NCBI GenBank assembly: GCA_017642485.1
Contig: JAGCPC010000116.1
Location: 42,471-106,470, forward strand
Reading direction: 5' to 3'
DNA length: 64,000 nt
Source: Prevotella sp.
GTDB lineage: Bacteria; Bacteroidota; Bacteroidia; Bacteroidales; Bacteroidaceae
The notes beneath the pieces are model-generated. The model saw only the letters and a list, made by a program, of their open reading frames with translations. It was not told the origin of the DNA and did no database searches. Shown in pieces: positions 50,681 to 61,146 of this stretch. Position 1 is the first letter of the stretch. The number at the start of each line of letters is the position of its first letter. Made by a program: the position numbers and the translations under genes.

Positions 50681-51947
50681 CCCTAACTATGGTCTGTTCG
50701 CGATCTGGACCGATAGAGATTATAGTAATAGGAGTCTCAAGCTGTTCCTCGAGGAACTTGATGTAGTTTTTAAATGCTTCTGGGAACTGCTCTTCACTTG
50801 TAAACTGTGTCATGTCAGTTTGCCAGCCAGGAAGTTCCTTATATACAGGTTCTACACCTGACTCTATATTGTAAGGGAAGTCTGGCGTCTCTACACCATT
50901 CACCTTATATGCTACGCATGCTTTGATAGTTGGGAAGGTGTCAAGCACGTCACTCTTCATCATGATGAGTTGAGTTACGCCATTTACCATGATAGAATAG
51001 CGTAATGCTACGAGGTCTATCCATCCACAACGACGTTCTCTACCTGTCACAGCACCATACTCGTGACCGATATCACGCATCTTCTTACCTGTCTCGTCAA
51101 ACAGTTCTGTGGGGAACGGACCTGCCCCAACACGGGTGCAGTAAGCCTTCATGATACCATACACTTCTCCTATTTTGTTAGGGCCGAGTCCCAAACCGGT
51201 GCATGCACCAGCACAGATGGTATTGGAAGAGGTTACAAAGGGATAAGAACCGAAGTCCACATCAAGCATAGTGCCCTGAGCACCTTCACACAGAACAGAC
51301 TTGCCAGACTTCAGTGTCTTGTTTATCTCGTGCTCTGAGTCCACCAACTGGAACTGACGCAGATACTCTATACCCTCCATCCAATGTTTTTCTACATCGG
51401 TGATATCATAATCGGTATAGCCCATCGCCCTCAGCGTTTCCTCATGCTTAGCCTTGTGCGCAGCGTACTTCTCTTCAAAGTTCTCTAAGATATCACCTAC
51501 GCGAAGTCCTGTGCGTGCTATCTTGTCAGAATATGTAGGACCTATGCCCTTTCCTGTAGTACCTACTTTATTCTTACCCTTAGAGGCTTCTATCGCTGCA
51601 TCCAGCACACGGTGCGTAGGCATTATGAGGTGAGCCTTCTTTGATATGTGCAGGCGTGATTTTAGGTCATGTCCGCTCTTCTCGAGGTCTTTTGCCTCAT
51701 CCATAAAGAGGTCGGGAGCCAGCACCACACCGTTGCCTATGATATTGATCTTTCCACCCTGGAATATACCTGAAGGAATAGATCTGAGTACATACTTCTC
51801 GCCATTAAACTCTAATGTATGACCTGCATTAGGTCCTCCCTGAAAACGAGCTACAACATCATACTTCGGCGTGAGCACGTCAACCACCTTACCTTTACCT
51901 TCATCGCCCCATTGCAGTCCAAGGAGCACATCTACTTTTCCTGTCAT
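50676..51947 (-). CDS. purA: adenylosuccinate synthetase
   Basis: QWGDEGKGK, GGPNAGHT, EGAQG, TGRERRCGW. Confidence 0.97.
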   Translation of the reverse strand: MTGKVDVLLGLQWGDEGKGKVVDVLTPKYDVVARFQGGPNAGHTLEFNGEKYVLRSIPSGIFQGGKINIIGNGVVLAPDLFMDEAKDLEKSGHDLKSRLHISKKAHLIMPTHRVLDAAIEASKGKNKVGTTGKGIGPTYSDKIARTGLRVGDILENFEEKYAAHKAKHEETLRAMGYTDYDITDVEKHWMEGIEYLRQFQLVDSEHEINKTLKSGKSVLCEGAQGTMLDVDFGSYPFVTSSNTICAGACTGLGLGPNKIGEVYGIMKAYCTRVGAGPFPTELFDETGKKMRDIGHEYGAVTGRERRCGWIDLVALRYSIMVNGVTQLIMMKSDVLDTFPTIKACVAYKVNGVETPDFPYNIESGVEPVYKELPGWQTDMTQFTSEEQFPEAFKNYIKFLEEQLETPITIISIGPDREQTIVRG

Positions 51948-52040
51948 AATAGTATAGTTTGTTTTGCATGCAAAGTTACAAAAAAAATACGAATAACTGA
52001 TATATTATATTATTGATTTTTCATGAAAAGTAGTGATTTA

Positions 52041-52082
52041 TAAAAAAAAGAGCGCACCACGATGTATGTGGCACGCCCTTTC
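52041..52082 (-). terminator. probable terminator of nifJ
   Basis: Imperfect GC-rich hairpin followed by a T-run on the minus strand. Confidence 0.6.
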
Positions 52083-52116
52083 TATTGAGTGTATTTGTTG
52101 TGTCTGAGAATAATTA

Positions 52117-55100
52117 TTACTCAGCCCAGTCCATCTTGGTCTGGCGAACATAAGACTGATAACGACGCTGTGCCATCTTCTGTGCCTCAGCGAAGAGCTC
52201 ATCAGCCTCTTCTGGGTAAGCCTTCTTAACAGAGAGGTAACGTACCTCACCCATGAGGAAGTCCTGGAACTTATCCCACTGTGGCTCCTTAGAGTCGAGT
52301 GAGAATGGGTTCTGACCCTGCTCAGCCAGTTCTGGGTTGTAACGCCACAGGTGCCAGTAACCGCACTCTACTGCGCGACGCTCCTCTTCCTGTGAGCGAC
52401 CCATGCCACCCTTGATCTTCAGACCGTGGTTGATACATGGTGCGTAAGCGATTACGAGTGATGGTCCGTGGTAAGCCTCTGCCTCGCGGAATGCCTTCAA
52501 GCACTGAGCGTTGTCAGCACCCATAGCTACCTGTGCTACATATACGTAACCGTAGGTAGTAGCTATCATGCCGAGGTCCTTCTTCTTGATGCGCTTACCC
52601 TGAGCAGCGAACTGTGCGATAGCGCCGAGAGGTGTAGCCTTAGAAGCCTGACCACCGGTGTTAGAGTAAACCTCAGTATCGATTACGAAGATGTTGAGGT
52701 CTTCGCCTGATGCGAGTACGTGGTCGAGACCGCCGTAGCCGATATCATAAGAAGCACCGTCACCACCGATGATCCACTGTGAACGCTTGATGAGGTAGTG
52801 GTCGAGAGTCTTGAGCTCAGAGCATACTGGGCAACCAGCCTCTGCACCCTTAGCGATTTCTGGCTTCAGGATAGCAGCGAGGCGCTTTGTCTCGTCAGCG
52901 TCTTCACGCTTCTCGATCCATTCAGCTGCTGCAGCCTGGTACTCTGCAGAACCCATCTTCTCGTCAACAACCTTCTGGAGAAGCATAGCTACGCGCTCCT
53001 TCATCTTCTTGTTACCGATTACCATACCGAGACCGAATTCGCAGAAGTCCTCGAACAGTGAGTTGTCGAATGCAGGACCCTGACCCTTCTCGTTGGTGGT
53101 GTAAGGTGTAGAAGGTATAGAAGCTGAGTAGATTGAAGAACAGCCTGTAGCGTTAGCGATTACCTCGCGGTCGCCGAAGAGCTGAGAGATAAGCTTAACG
53201 TATGGTGTCTCACCGCAACCAGAGCAAGCTCCTGAGAACTCGAAGAGAGGTGTAGCGAACTGAGAGTTCTTTGGATTAGCCTTGATGTCAACGAGCTCCT
53301 GCTTAGACTTCACGTTCTTTACGAGGTAGTCCCAACCAGCAGCGAGGTCGATCATCTCCTGTGCGTCTGGGTTGTAAGGAACCATCTTGAGGGCCTTCTC
53401 ACCCTTCTTGCCTGGACATACGTCAACACAGTTGCCGCAACCGAGACAGTCAAGTGGTGATGGCTCGATAACGAAGTGCATGCCCTTCATAGCTGCAGGT
53501 GCCTTCATCTCCTGAGTCTCACCATTGAAGCCCTTGAGCTCCTCGTCAGTGAGAACGAATGGACGGATAGCTGCGTGAGGACAAACGTATGAACACTTGT
53601 TACACTGGATACAGTTCTCTACGTTCCATACTGGCACGAATGCCTCTACGCCACGCTTCTCGTAAGCTGCAGTGCCGTTCTGCCATGTACCATCAACAGT
53701 GTCGAACTTAACGAAGTCTGAAACCTTGAGGTCGCCACCCATCTGAGCGTTGATAGGACGAACGAGTTCCTTAACGAATGCTGGTGCATCGTCAGCCTTT
53801 GGAGCGTCGTCTGGAAGGTTAGCCCATGCTGGGTCAACGGTGAGCTGCTTATACTCGCCGCCACGATCTACAGCCTGATAGTTCATGTTGACAACGTCAT
53901 CACCCTTCTTGCCGTAAGACTTCTTGGCGAATGCCTTCATCTGCTCTACTGCGAGATCTACAGGGATAACCTCTGAGATGCGGAAGAACGCAGACTGCAG
54001 GATGGTGTTGGTACGGTTGCCCAGACCTATCTCCTGTGCTATCTTGGTAGCGTTGATATAGTAAACCTTGATATTCTTCTGAGCGAAGACGCGCTTTACC
54101 TTGTTAGGGATGAAGTTAACGAGTTCCTCGCCGTCGAAGATGGTGTTGAGCAGGAATGAACCGTTCTCACGGATACCACGTGTTACGTCGTACATGTGCA
54201 GATAAGCCTGTACGTGACATGCTACGAAGTTAGGTGTGGTAATCTGGTATGTAGAGCGGATTGGCTCGTCACCGAAACGGAGGTGTGAACAGGTGAAGCC
54301 GCCTGACTTCTTAGAGTCGTAAGAGAAGTATGCCTGGCAGTACTTGTTGGTGTTCTCACCGATAATCTTTACTGAGTTCTTGTTAGCACCAACGGTACCG
54401 TCAGCACCCAGACCGAAGAACTTACACTCCTGAGTTGACTTGCCACCAAGAGCGATTTCCTCAACCTTCTCAAGTGAGAGGTTGGTAACGTCGTCAACGA
54501 TACCAACAGTGAAGTGGTTCTTTGGCTGTGGGAGAGCGAGGTTGTTGAATACTGAGATAATCATGGCTGGTGTAACGTCTGAAGAACCCAGACCATAACG
54601 ACCACCCACGATGAGAGGACGATTCTCGCACTCATAGAATGCAGACTTAACGTCGAGGTAGAGAGGCTCACCCTCAGCACCTGGCTCCTTGGTACGGTCA
54701 AGAACGGCAATCTTCTTGCATGTAGCAGGAACAGCCTTCATGAGGTACTCGATAGAGAATGGGCGATAGAGGTGAACGGCAATCATACCTACCTTCTTAC
54801 CCTCGGAAACGAGGTAGTCGATAGCCTCGCGAGCAGCCTCAGTAGCTGAACCCATGAGGATGATTACGTTCTCAGCATCCTTGGCACCGTAGTAGTTGAA
54901 GTTGTGGTACTCACGGCCAGTAATCTTTGAAATCTCGCCAAGATACTTCTCTACTACGTCAGGTATTGCGTCGTAGTAAGCGTTACAAGCCTCACGATGT
55001 GTGAAGAATGTCTCTGGGTTCTCAGCAGTACCACGTGTTACAGGACGCTCTGGAGTAAGTGCACGGTCGCGGAACTCCTTAACGAACTCCTGTGGTGTGA

Positions 55101-55686
55101 TAGCCTTGATGTCCTCCATATCCATTACCTCAATCTTGTGATACTCGTGAGAGGTACGGAAACCATCAAAGAAGTTGATGAATGGCACCTTGGTCTCGAG
55201 AGTAGCAAGGTGAGGAACAGCTGTGAGGTCCATAACCTCCTGAACTGAACCAGAGCAGAACATAGCGAAGCCAGTCTGACGGCAAGCCATAACGTCCTGG
55301 TGGTCACCGAAGATACAGAGAGAGTGAGAAGCCAGTGTACGAGCTGATACATCGAATACGCATGGGAGAAGCTCACCTGCAATCTTATACATGTTAGGAA
55401 TCATCAGGAGCAGACCCTGAGATGCCGTGAATGTAGTGGTAAGTGCACCTGCCTGCAGAGAACCGTGTACTGCGCCGGCAGCACCGCCCTCTGACTGCAT
55501 TTCCTGTACAAGTACCGTCTGACCCCACATGTTCTTGCGACCACGTGCAGCCCAGTCATCAGTGTGCTCCGCCATTGGAGACGATGGTGTGATAGGGTAG
55601 ATAGCAGCTACCTCCGAGAACATATAGCTCACGTGAGCCGCAGCCTCGTTACCATCACAGGTGATAAACTTTTTTTCTTTAGCCAT
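52117..55686 (-). CDS. nifJ: pyruvate:ferredoxin (flavodoxin) oxidoreductase
   Basis: YPITPSS, CIQCNKC...CP and CLGCGNC...CP, ACSGCGE, GGDG. Confidence 0.97.
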   Translation of the reverse strand: MAKEKKFITCDGNEAAAHVSYMFSEVAAIYPITPSSPMAEHTDDWAARGRKNMWGQTVLVQEMQSEGGAAGAVHGSLQAGALTTTFTASQGLLLMIPNMYKIAGELLPCVFDVSARTLASHSLCIFGDHQDVMACRQTGFAMFCSGSVQEVMDLTAVPHLATLETKVPFINFFDGFRTSHEYHKIEVMDMEDIKAITPQEFVKEFRDRALTPERPVTRGTAENPETFFTHREACNAYYDAIPDVVEKYLGEISKITGREYHNFNYYGAKDAENVIILMGSATEAAREAIDYLVSEGKKVGMIAVHLYRPFSIEYLMKAVPATCKKIAVLDRTKEPGAEGEPLYLDVKSAFYECENRPLIVGGRYGLGSSDVTPAMIISVFNNLALPQPKNHFTVGIVDDVTNLSLEKVEEIALGGKSTQECKFFGLGADGTVGANKNSVKIIGENTNKYCQAYFSYDSKKSGGFTCSHLRFGDEPIRSTYQITTPNFVACHVQAYLHMYDVTRGIRENGSFLLNTIFDGEELVNFIPNKVKRVFAQKNIKVYYINATKIAQEIGLGNRTNTILQSAFFRISEVIPVDLAVEQMKAFAKKSYGKKGDDVVNMNYQAVDRGGEYKQLTVDPAWANLPDDAPKADDAPAFVKELVRPINAQMGGDLKVSDFVKFDTVDGTWQNGTAAYEKRGVEAFVPVWNVENCIQCNKCSYVCPHAAIRPFVLTDEELKGFNGETQEMKAPAAMKGMHFVIEPSPLDCLGCGNCVDVCPGKKGEKALKMVPYNPDAQEMIDLAAGWDYLVKNVKSKQELVDIKANPKNSQFATPLFEFSGACSGCGETPYVKLISQLFGDREVIANATGCSSIYSASIPSTPYTTNEKGQGPAFDNSLFEDFCEFGLGMVIGNKKMKERVAMLLQKVVDEKMGSAEYQAAAAEWIEKREDADETKRLAAILKPEIAKGAEAGCPVCSELKTLDHYLIKRSQWIIGGDGASYDIGYGGLDHVLASGEDLNIFVIDTEVYSNTGGQASKATPLGAIAQFAAQGKRIKKKDLGMIATTYGYVYVAQVAMGADNAQCLKAFREAEAYHGPSLVIAYAPCINHGLKIKGGMGRSQEEERRAVECGYWHLWRYNPELAEQGQNPFSLDSKEPQWDKFQDFLMGEVRYLSVKKAYPEEADELFAEAQKMAQRRYQSYVRQTKMDWAE

Positions 55687-55750
55687 TTTTGTTATTAAGA
55701 TAAATGTAGTAAATAAAAATTATGTAAATACTTCTTTGTTCAATTTTTGT

Positions 55751-56932
55751 TCAATATAAGAACCCCAGTAGCCACAGCGGTATTACGTTGTTACTTACCG
55801 TATTGTCGGCATACTGAAAGAATATGTCATCTCCGGTTGCCATCTTAGGTGTTACTGTGCTGCATACCCTGAAACGATTGGTACCATCGATGGTGTAGTG
55901 CGTCTCTTTGCTTGCCTGGTTGACCTTATGGTCTTTCCACAGAGTGTTAACGAAAAAAGTCTCCATCTGCGTCTGCACGTCGTAGGCTATCGGGTATATC
56001 GCCTGGTAGAGGTTCGGATTGTGAAGCATCACCTTAGTAGGCTTCTTGGGAAATCGCTGCCCTACTGGGTATATCATGTTTATCAGTCGTGCATCTGCAA
56101 GATACTTTATATAGTTCATCACAGTAGCCCTGCTCGTCTCTACCTCTTTGGCCAGTTTACTTACGTTGGGCGCATGCGGACCGGCAACGGCGAGGAGATA
56201 GAATAGCTTCTTTATCTTCGTGAGGTACTTCAGCTCTATCTGCTTTATGAGCAGGATATCGACCTCAGTCATCATGTTCATTGACTTCAGCAGGTTGTCC
56301 GAGAAGTCATCATGCTCGCGAAATAGGGGGTAAAAGCCGTGCTCTATGTATTCCTTGAAATACTTTTGCGGGTCAACCTTTGCTACTATCTCCTCCACGA
56401 TCTGCTTCTTGTGTATCAACAACTCGTTCAGAGGAATCCATCTGAAGTGTAAGCCTGTACGCAGATTCAGATATTCCCTGAACGAAAAGCCTCTGAGGTT
56501 ATAACTCTTCACGATGTCACAGAGCTCTGGGTTTTCTTTCTTCAGTCGCATCACGCTGGAGCCGGCAAACACTATCTTCAGCTTGGGGTATAAATCATAA
56601 CAGCGACGGAGCTCTCTGCTCCAGTCAAACTGTTTGAATACCTGGTCTATCAGCAAGACTCTTCCTCCTTGCTTATAGAACTCGCCTGCAAAGTCAGCTA
56701 TACCACGCCCTTGGAAATAAAAATTATTCATGTTCACGTACAGGCATCGCCTATCCGTAGAACTGAATTTTTCCTTGACATATTGCAACAGAAACGTCGT
56801 CTTACCTACACACCTTGTACCCTTTATGCCTATCATCCGCGCACTCCAGTCTATTTCGTCCATAAGGACGCGGCGCACAGGGGCATTACAATGCTCAACA
56901 AGGTATTTGTGAGTGCGGTAAAAGTCCTCCAT
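55751..56932 (-). CDS. AAA_14-like ATPase
   Basis: Walker A GTRCVGKT; Walker B-like LLIDQ; AGSS; GFSFREYL. Confidence 0.85.
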   Translation of the reverse strand: MEDFYRTHKYLVEHCNAPVRRVLMDEIDWSARMIGIKGTRCVGKTTFLLQYVKEKFSSTDRRCLYVNMNNFYFQGRGIADFAGEFYKQGGRVLLIDQVFKQFDWSRELRRCYDLYPKLKIVFAGSSVMRLKKENPELCDIVKSYNLRGFSFREYLNLRTGLHFRWIPLNELLIHKKQIVEEIVAKVDPQKYFKEYIEHGFYPLFREHDDFSDNLLKSMNMMTEVDILLIKQIELKYLTKIKKLFYLLAVAGPHAPNVSKLAKEVETSRATVMNYIKYLADARLINMIYPVGQRFPKKPTKVMLHNPNLYQAIYPIAYDVQTQMETFFVNTLWKDHKVNQASKETHYTIDGTNRFRVCSTVTPKMATGDDIFFQYADNTVSNNVIPLWLLGFLY

Positions 56933-57027
56933 TTCTGTCCTAGTGTATATTTCTGAGCTACAAAGTTAAGAAAATAATCCCAAATTGCAAAGCAGAGATT
57001 ACATTTAAGGTGAAAATTTAATATTCT

Positions 57028-57987
57028 TTAATCATTAGAACCGCTGACCATGTCAAGCAGTTCGTTGGTGATGGCTGCCTGACGCGACTTGTTGTACTGC
57101 AGGTTGAGTGTGCGGAGCAGTTCGTCGGCGTTGTCCGTTGCCGTCTGCATCGCCACCATACGTGCCGCATGCTCTGAGGCATTACTGTCGAGCAGCGCCG
57201 TGTATATCATGAGGTTGACGTAGCGAGGCACGAGCATCGAGAGGATGGTCTGCATGTCAGGCTCCACGATGAAGTTGTCGTTGAGCGCCTTGCCCTGCTC
57301 GTTCTCATATTCCCTCTGCTTCTGGTGCTCCATGAGGTAGCGTGTAGCCTCCTCGGAGGCAATGGTGCTCTTCAGGTCACGGAAATGATCGTAGTCCATC
57401 GCCGACTCGATATCTATCGGCAGGAGAGTCTTGTTCTGGAGTATCTGACTGCCAGCGCTCTTGAAGTGATGGTATATCATCACCACCTTATCGATTACGC
57501 CTTTGTCAAAGTCCTCCTGTAGTTTCCTGCCTATCTCGGCACACTGTATGGAGTTGGGTTTATCAGCAAGCTGCATGAAATTTCCTGCCGAAGCGTAACC
57601 CCACTTCTGCACCTTCTCAGCCACCTTTCTGCCTATAGGATAGACTAACACATCTGCACCTTTCGCCTTGTAATCTTCTATCGTTTTCTGTGTGAGTTTC
57701 AGCACGTTAGCGTTAAATCCTCCACAAAGACTTGAATTACTTGAGAAGGCGAGGACTGCCACCGTCTTGACTGGTCGAGCCTGTGTTATACTACCCTTTG
57801 CATCGACGTCACTGGCAAGGAATGATTTCAGAATATGCTCCAGCATACCCTCGTATGGGAGCATATTTTCTATCATCTGTTGCGCATGGTGCAACTTGCT
57901 CGATGCCACCATCTTCATCGCACTCGTTATCTTACGGGTGCTCTGGACAGACGTGATGCGGTTCTTTATCTCTTTTAAACTTGCCAT
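57028..57987 (-). CDS. atpG: ATP synthase gamma
   Basis: KITSAMKMVA, LCGGFN, SEHAARM, RQAAITNEL. Confidence 0.96.
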   Translation of the reverse strand: MASLKEIKNRITSVQSTRKITSAMKMVASSKLHHAQQMIENMLPYEGMLEHILKSFLASDVDAKGSITQARPVKTVAVLAFSSNSSLCGGFNANVLKLTQKTIEDYKAKGADVLVYPIGRKVAEKVQKWGYASAGNFMQLADKPNSIQCAEIGRKLQEDFDKGVIDKVVMIYHHFKSAGSQILQNKTLLPIDIESAMDYDHFRDLKSTIASEEATRYLMEHQKQREYENEQGKALNDNFIVEPDMQTILSMLVPRYVNLMIYTALLDSNASEHAARMVAMQTATDNADELLRTLNLQYNKSRQAAITNELLDMVSGSND

Positions 57988-58032
57988 TCCTTGATTCTGT
58001 TAGGCATTTTTACAAAATGAAGTTTTGACTCG

Positions 58033-59616
58033 TTACTTATAGCTCTCAGCAACGTTCGCCATAGCTTCCTCTATAGCATTTGTCGCTGCATCGTCTATCT
58101 TTCCCGAACCGAGTAAGTCGAGCACGTCCTGATGCTGGTTGCGCATGGTCTCAAGGAAGGTATCCTGGCACTCGCGCACCTTGTCAACGGGTACATCCTT
58201 CATCAGACCCTTTGTACCGCAGTAGAGGATGGCTACCTGCTCGCCTACTGGCATCGGACTGTACTGTGGCTGTATGAGCAACTGGTTGTTCTTACGTCCG
58301 CGGTCCAGTGTCATGGCCGTCACGGCATCCATATCGCTTGAGAACTTTGAGAATGCCTCCAGCTCACGATACTGTGCCTGGTCGATCTTCAGCGTACCAG
58401 CCACCTTCTTCATGGACTTTATCTGAGCCGAACCACCCACACGTGATACCGAGATACCTACGTTGATAGCAGGACGGAAGCCCTGGTTGAAGAGGTCGCT
58501 CTCGAGGTATATCTGTCCGTCGGTGATGGATATCACGTTCGTTGGGATGTATGCTGACACGTCGCCTGCCTGTGTCTCGATGACAGGAAGGGCTGTAAGC
58601 GAACCGCCGCCCTTTACCTTGCCCTTCATGCACTCTGGCAGGTCGTTCATCTTCTCTGCCACCTCCTGCTGTTCGTTGATCTTGGCAGCACGCTCCAGCA
58701 GACGGGAGTGGAGGTAGAATACGTCACCAGGATAAGCCTCACGTCCTGACGGACGGCGCAGTATCAGCGATACCTCACGATATGCCACGGCCTGCTTTGA
58801 GAGGTCGTCATACACCACGAGGGCATGCTCGCCTCTGTCGCGGAAATACTCACCTATCGCCGCACCAGCAAACGGAGCGTAGTACTGCATGGCTGCAGGG
58901 TCACTCGCCGTAGCTGCCACGATGATGGTGTATGGCATGGCGCCGCGCTCCTTGAGGTTTTGCACGAGGGCTGCCACCGTTGACGCCTTCTGGCCTATTG
59001 CCACATAGATACAGTAAACGGGTTTGCCAGCCTCGTAGAACGACTTCTGGTTGATGATGGTATCTATTGCGATAGCGGTCTTACCAGTCTGGCGGTCGCC
59101 GATGATAAGCTCACGCTGTCCTCTACCGATAGGAATCATGGAGTCAACAGCCTTGATACCCGTCTGCAGAGGCTCCTTTACCGGCTGACGGTATATCACA
59201 CCTGGTGCCTTACGGTCAAGGGGCATCTCGAAAGCGTCGGTGAGGTCTATGTCGCCACCGCCGTCGATAGCCTGTCCGAGGGGGTTGATGACGCGTCCCA
59301 GCATATTGTCGTTGACACGTATCGAAGCGATGCGCTTGGTGCGCTTCACTACCTGTCCCTCCTTGATACCGCTGGTAGGACCGAGCAGCACACAACCGAC
59401 GTTGTCTTCCTCCAGGTTCATCACGATTGCCATCGTGCCGTTCTCAAATTCCAACAGCTCACTCGCCTCCGCATTACGCAGGCCGTAGATGCGTGCCACG
59501 CCATCGCCGACCGTCAGCACCGTACCCACCTCGTCGAAGTTGGCAGACGTTGAGATTCCCTTTAGTTGGTCAAGCAAGACCTGTGAGACTTCACTTGGTT
59601 TGATTTTATCTGACAT
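58033..59616 (-). CDS. atpA: ATP synthase alpha
   Basis: [27 protein letters not shown]. Confidence 0.98.
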   Translation of the reverse strand: MSDKIKPSEVSQVLLDQLKGISTSANFDEVGTVLTVGDGVARIYGLRNAEASELLEFENGTMAIVMNLEEDNVGCVLLGPTSGIKEGQVVKRTKRIASIRVNDNMLGRVINPLGQAIDGGGDIDLTDAFEMPLDRKAPGVIYRQPVKEPLQTGIKAVDSMIPIGRGQRELIIGDRQTGKTAIAIDTIINQKSFYEAGKPVYCIYVAIGQKASTVAALVQNLKERGAMPYTIIVAATASDPAAMQYYAPFAGAAIGEYFRDRGEHALVVYDDLSKQAVAYREVSLILRRPSGREAYPGDVFYLHSRLLERAAKINEQQEVAEKMNDLPECMKGKVKGGGSLTALPVIETQAGDVSAYIPTNVISITDGQIYLESDLFNQGFRPAINVGISVSRVGGSAQIKSMKKVAGTLKIDQAQYRELEAFSKFSSDMDAVTAMTLDRGRKNNQLLIQPQYSPMPVGEQVAILYCGTKGLMKDVPVDKVRECQDTFLETMRNQHQDVLDLLGSGKIDDAATNAIEEAMANVAESYK

Positions 59617-59717
59617 TGTTTAGTTTATTGTTTTATTGGTTAAGGCGGCAACATCTCCGCCACTATTGACAGTTTTTCTTCAGATGAGGGCAGGTGACTA
59701 TGCCATGCGGCACTCTC

Positions 59718-60251
59718 CTACCCCAACTGCTTGAGAATCCTGCTGAGCTGCGACTTCACCGAGGTGTCCATCCTGTAGGTGTCATATTCCAGCACGAAGC
59801 CTCCTATGATATCTGGGTCCACCTCCGTAGAAAATTCCACTGTTCCCTTGGTACGGTTTTCCACCATCTTGCGCATCTTCTGCTCTACGGCATCTGATAC
59901 GGGAACTGCCGTAGTGAGCTTTCCACGGGTGATATTCTTCTGTTGACGGTAGAGCGTGACGTAGGCGTTGGCTATAAACTGCAGGACCGACTCTCGCGAC
60001 TCTTGCAGTACGAGGGTTATAAACCTCTCGGTGACCTTGCCTACCTTACCTCCGGCAGCAACCTTTATGAGCTCCGCCTTTTGCTCGCGGGCTATCATGG
60101 GATTATCTACGGCATGTCGGAGCTCGGGTACCTTGATGAAACTCTCTGCCAGAGTCTGCATCTCCTGATACACCTGGTCCTCAGCCTTCGACTCCACGCT
60201 GCATTTCAGCAGCGCGCGGGCATACCTTACTGATATCACTCCTATATCCAT
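59718..60251 (-). CDS. atpH: ATP synthase delta
   Basis: RYARAL, VDPDIIGG; operon position. Confidence 0.93.
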   Translation of the reverse strand: MDIGVISVRYARALLKCSVESKAEDQVYQEMQTLAESFIKVPELRHAVDNPMIAREQKAELIKVAAGGKVGKVTERFITLVLQESRESVLQFIANAYVTLYRQQKNITRGKLTTAVPVSDAVEQKMRKMVENRTKGTVEFSTEVDPDIIGGFVLEYDTYRMDTSVKSQLSRILKQLG

Positions 60252-60259
60252 AGTTCGCG

Positions 60260-60760
60260 TTACTGCTTGTCAACAGAAACCTCATCCAGCAGTTTGTCTA
60301 TAAGCACCATCTGCGCCTTGTCGTCTGAAAGGTCCTTGCGTATCACCTTCTCAGCCACCATTACTGACAGCTGTGCCATCTCAGCCCTTATCTCACGCAG
60401 GGCAGACGCTTTCTCGGCGTCTATCTGCGCCTTGGCGTCGGCTATGAGGCGTGCTGCCTCCTCCTTCGCCTTGTCCTGGGCTTTCTCCACTATGGCATCG
60501 CGGGTGGCGGTAGCCTCTTTCAACAACTGACCCTGCTTCTCGCGGGCCTCACGCAGGATGGACTCACTTTCTTTCTGTATGTTGGCAAGCTTCTCGTTGG
60601 CCTCCTGTGCCTTACGCAGGCTGTCGTCAATGAACTGTTTGCGCTCATTGACCATACCCACGATGGCAGGAAAGCCAAACTTCCACAGGAGTGCAAGCAC
60701 TACGAAGAACGTGATGCACATCCAGAAAAGCAAGCCGGTACTCGGAATCAACAAATCCAT
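60260..60760 (-). CDS. atpF: ATP synthase b
   Basis: N-terminal TM plus coiled coil; operon position. Confidence 0.93.
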   Translation of the reverse strand: MDLLIPSTGLLFWMCITFFVVLALLWKFGFPAIVGMVNERKQFIDDSLRKAQEANEKLANIQKESESILREAREKQGQLLKEATATRDAIVEKAQDKAKEEAARLIADAKAQIDAEKASALREIRAEMAQLSVMVAEKVIRKDLSDDKAQMVLIDKLLDEVSVDKQ

Positions 60761-60816
60761 ACGCTGTATAGAGTTTTCTTTTTGTTAGTTTATTCTTTCG
60801 TGAAAAGGTGTACGGC

Positions 60817-61065
60817 TTAGAAAGAGCACAGCAGAGCAATAACCGCACCAAACAGTGCAACACCCTCGATGAGGGCTGCAGCAACGATCATGTTGGTAAA
60901 CAGTTTGTTCATCACCTCTGGCTGACGAGCCATAGCGTCCATAGCACTACCGCCAATCTTACCGATACCAATACCTGCACCGATAGCTGCGAGACCAGCG
61001 CCGAGACCAGCGCCCAACTTAGCAATACCTGCAGCTGCCTCAGCTGCCAAAATCATAGAAATCAT
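60817..61065 (-). CDS. atpE: ATP synthase c (probably H+-coupled)
   Basis: GAGIGIG, ARQPE, LIEGVA; lacks the Na+ signature Q...ES/T. Confidence 0.95.
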   Translation of the reverse strand: MISMILAAEAAAGIAKLGAGLGAGLAAIGAGIGIGKIGGSAMDAMARQPEVMNKLFTNMIVAAALIEGVALFGAVIALLCSF

Positions 61066-61106
61066 AGCCTTAAAGTTTTAATTATAAATTAGTTTATTAT
61101 TGTTAT

Positions 61107-61146
61107 TTTCGATAATTCGTAATGTCGTTATGACGTTATGTCGATA
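61107..61146 (-). repeat. 8-mer TAACGACA-family array (5 units)
   Basis: TATCGACA TAACGTCA TAACGACA TTACGAAT TATCGAAA directly after the atpB stop. Confidence 0.85.
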
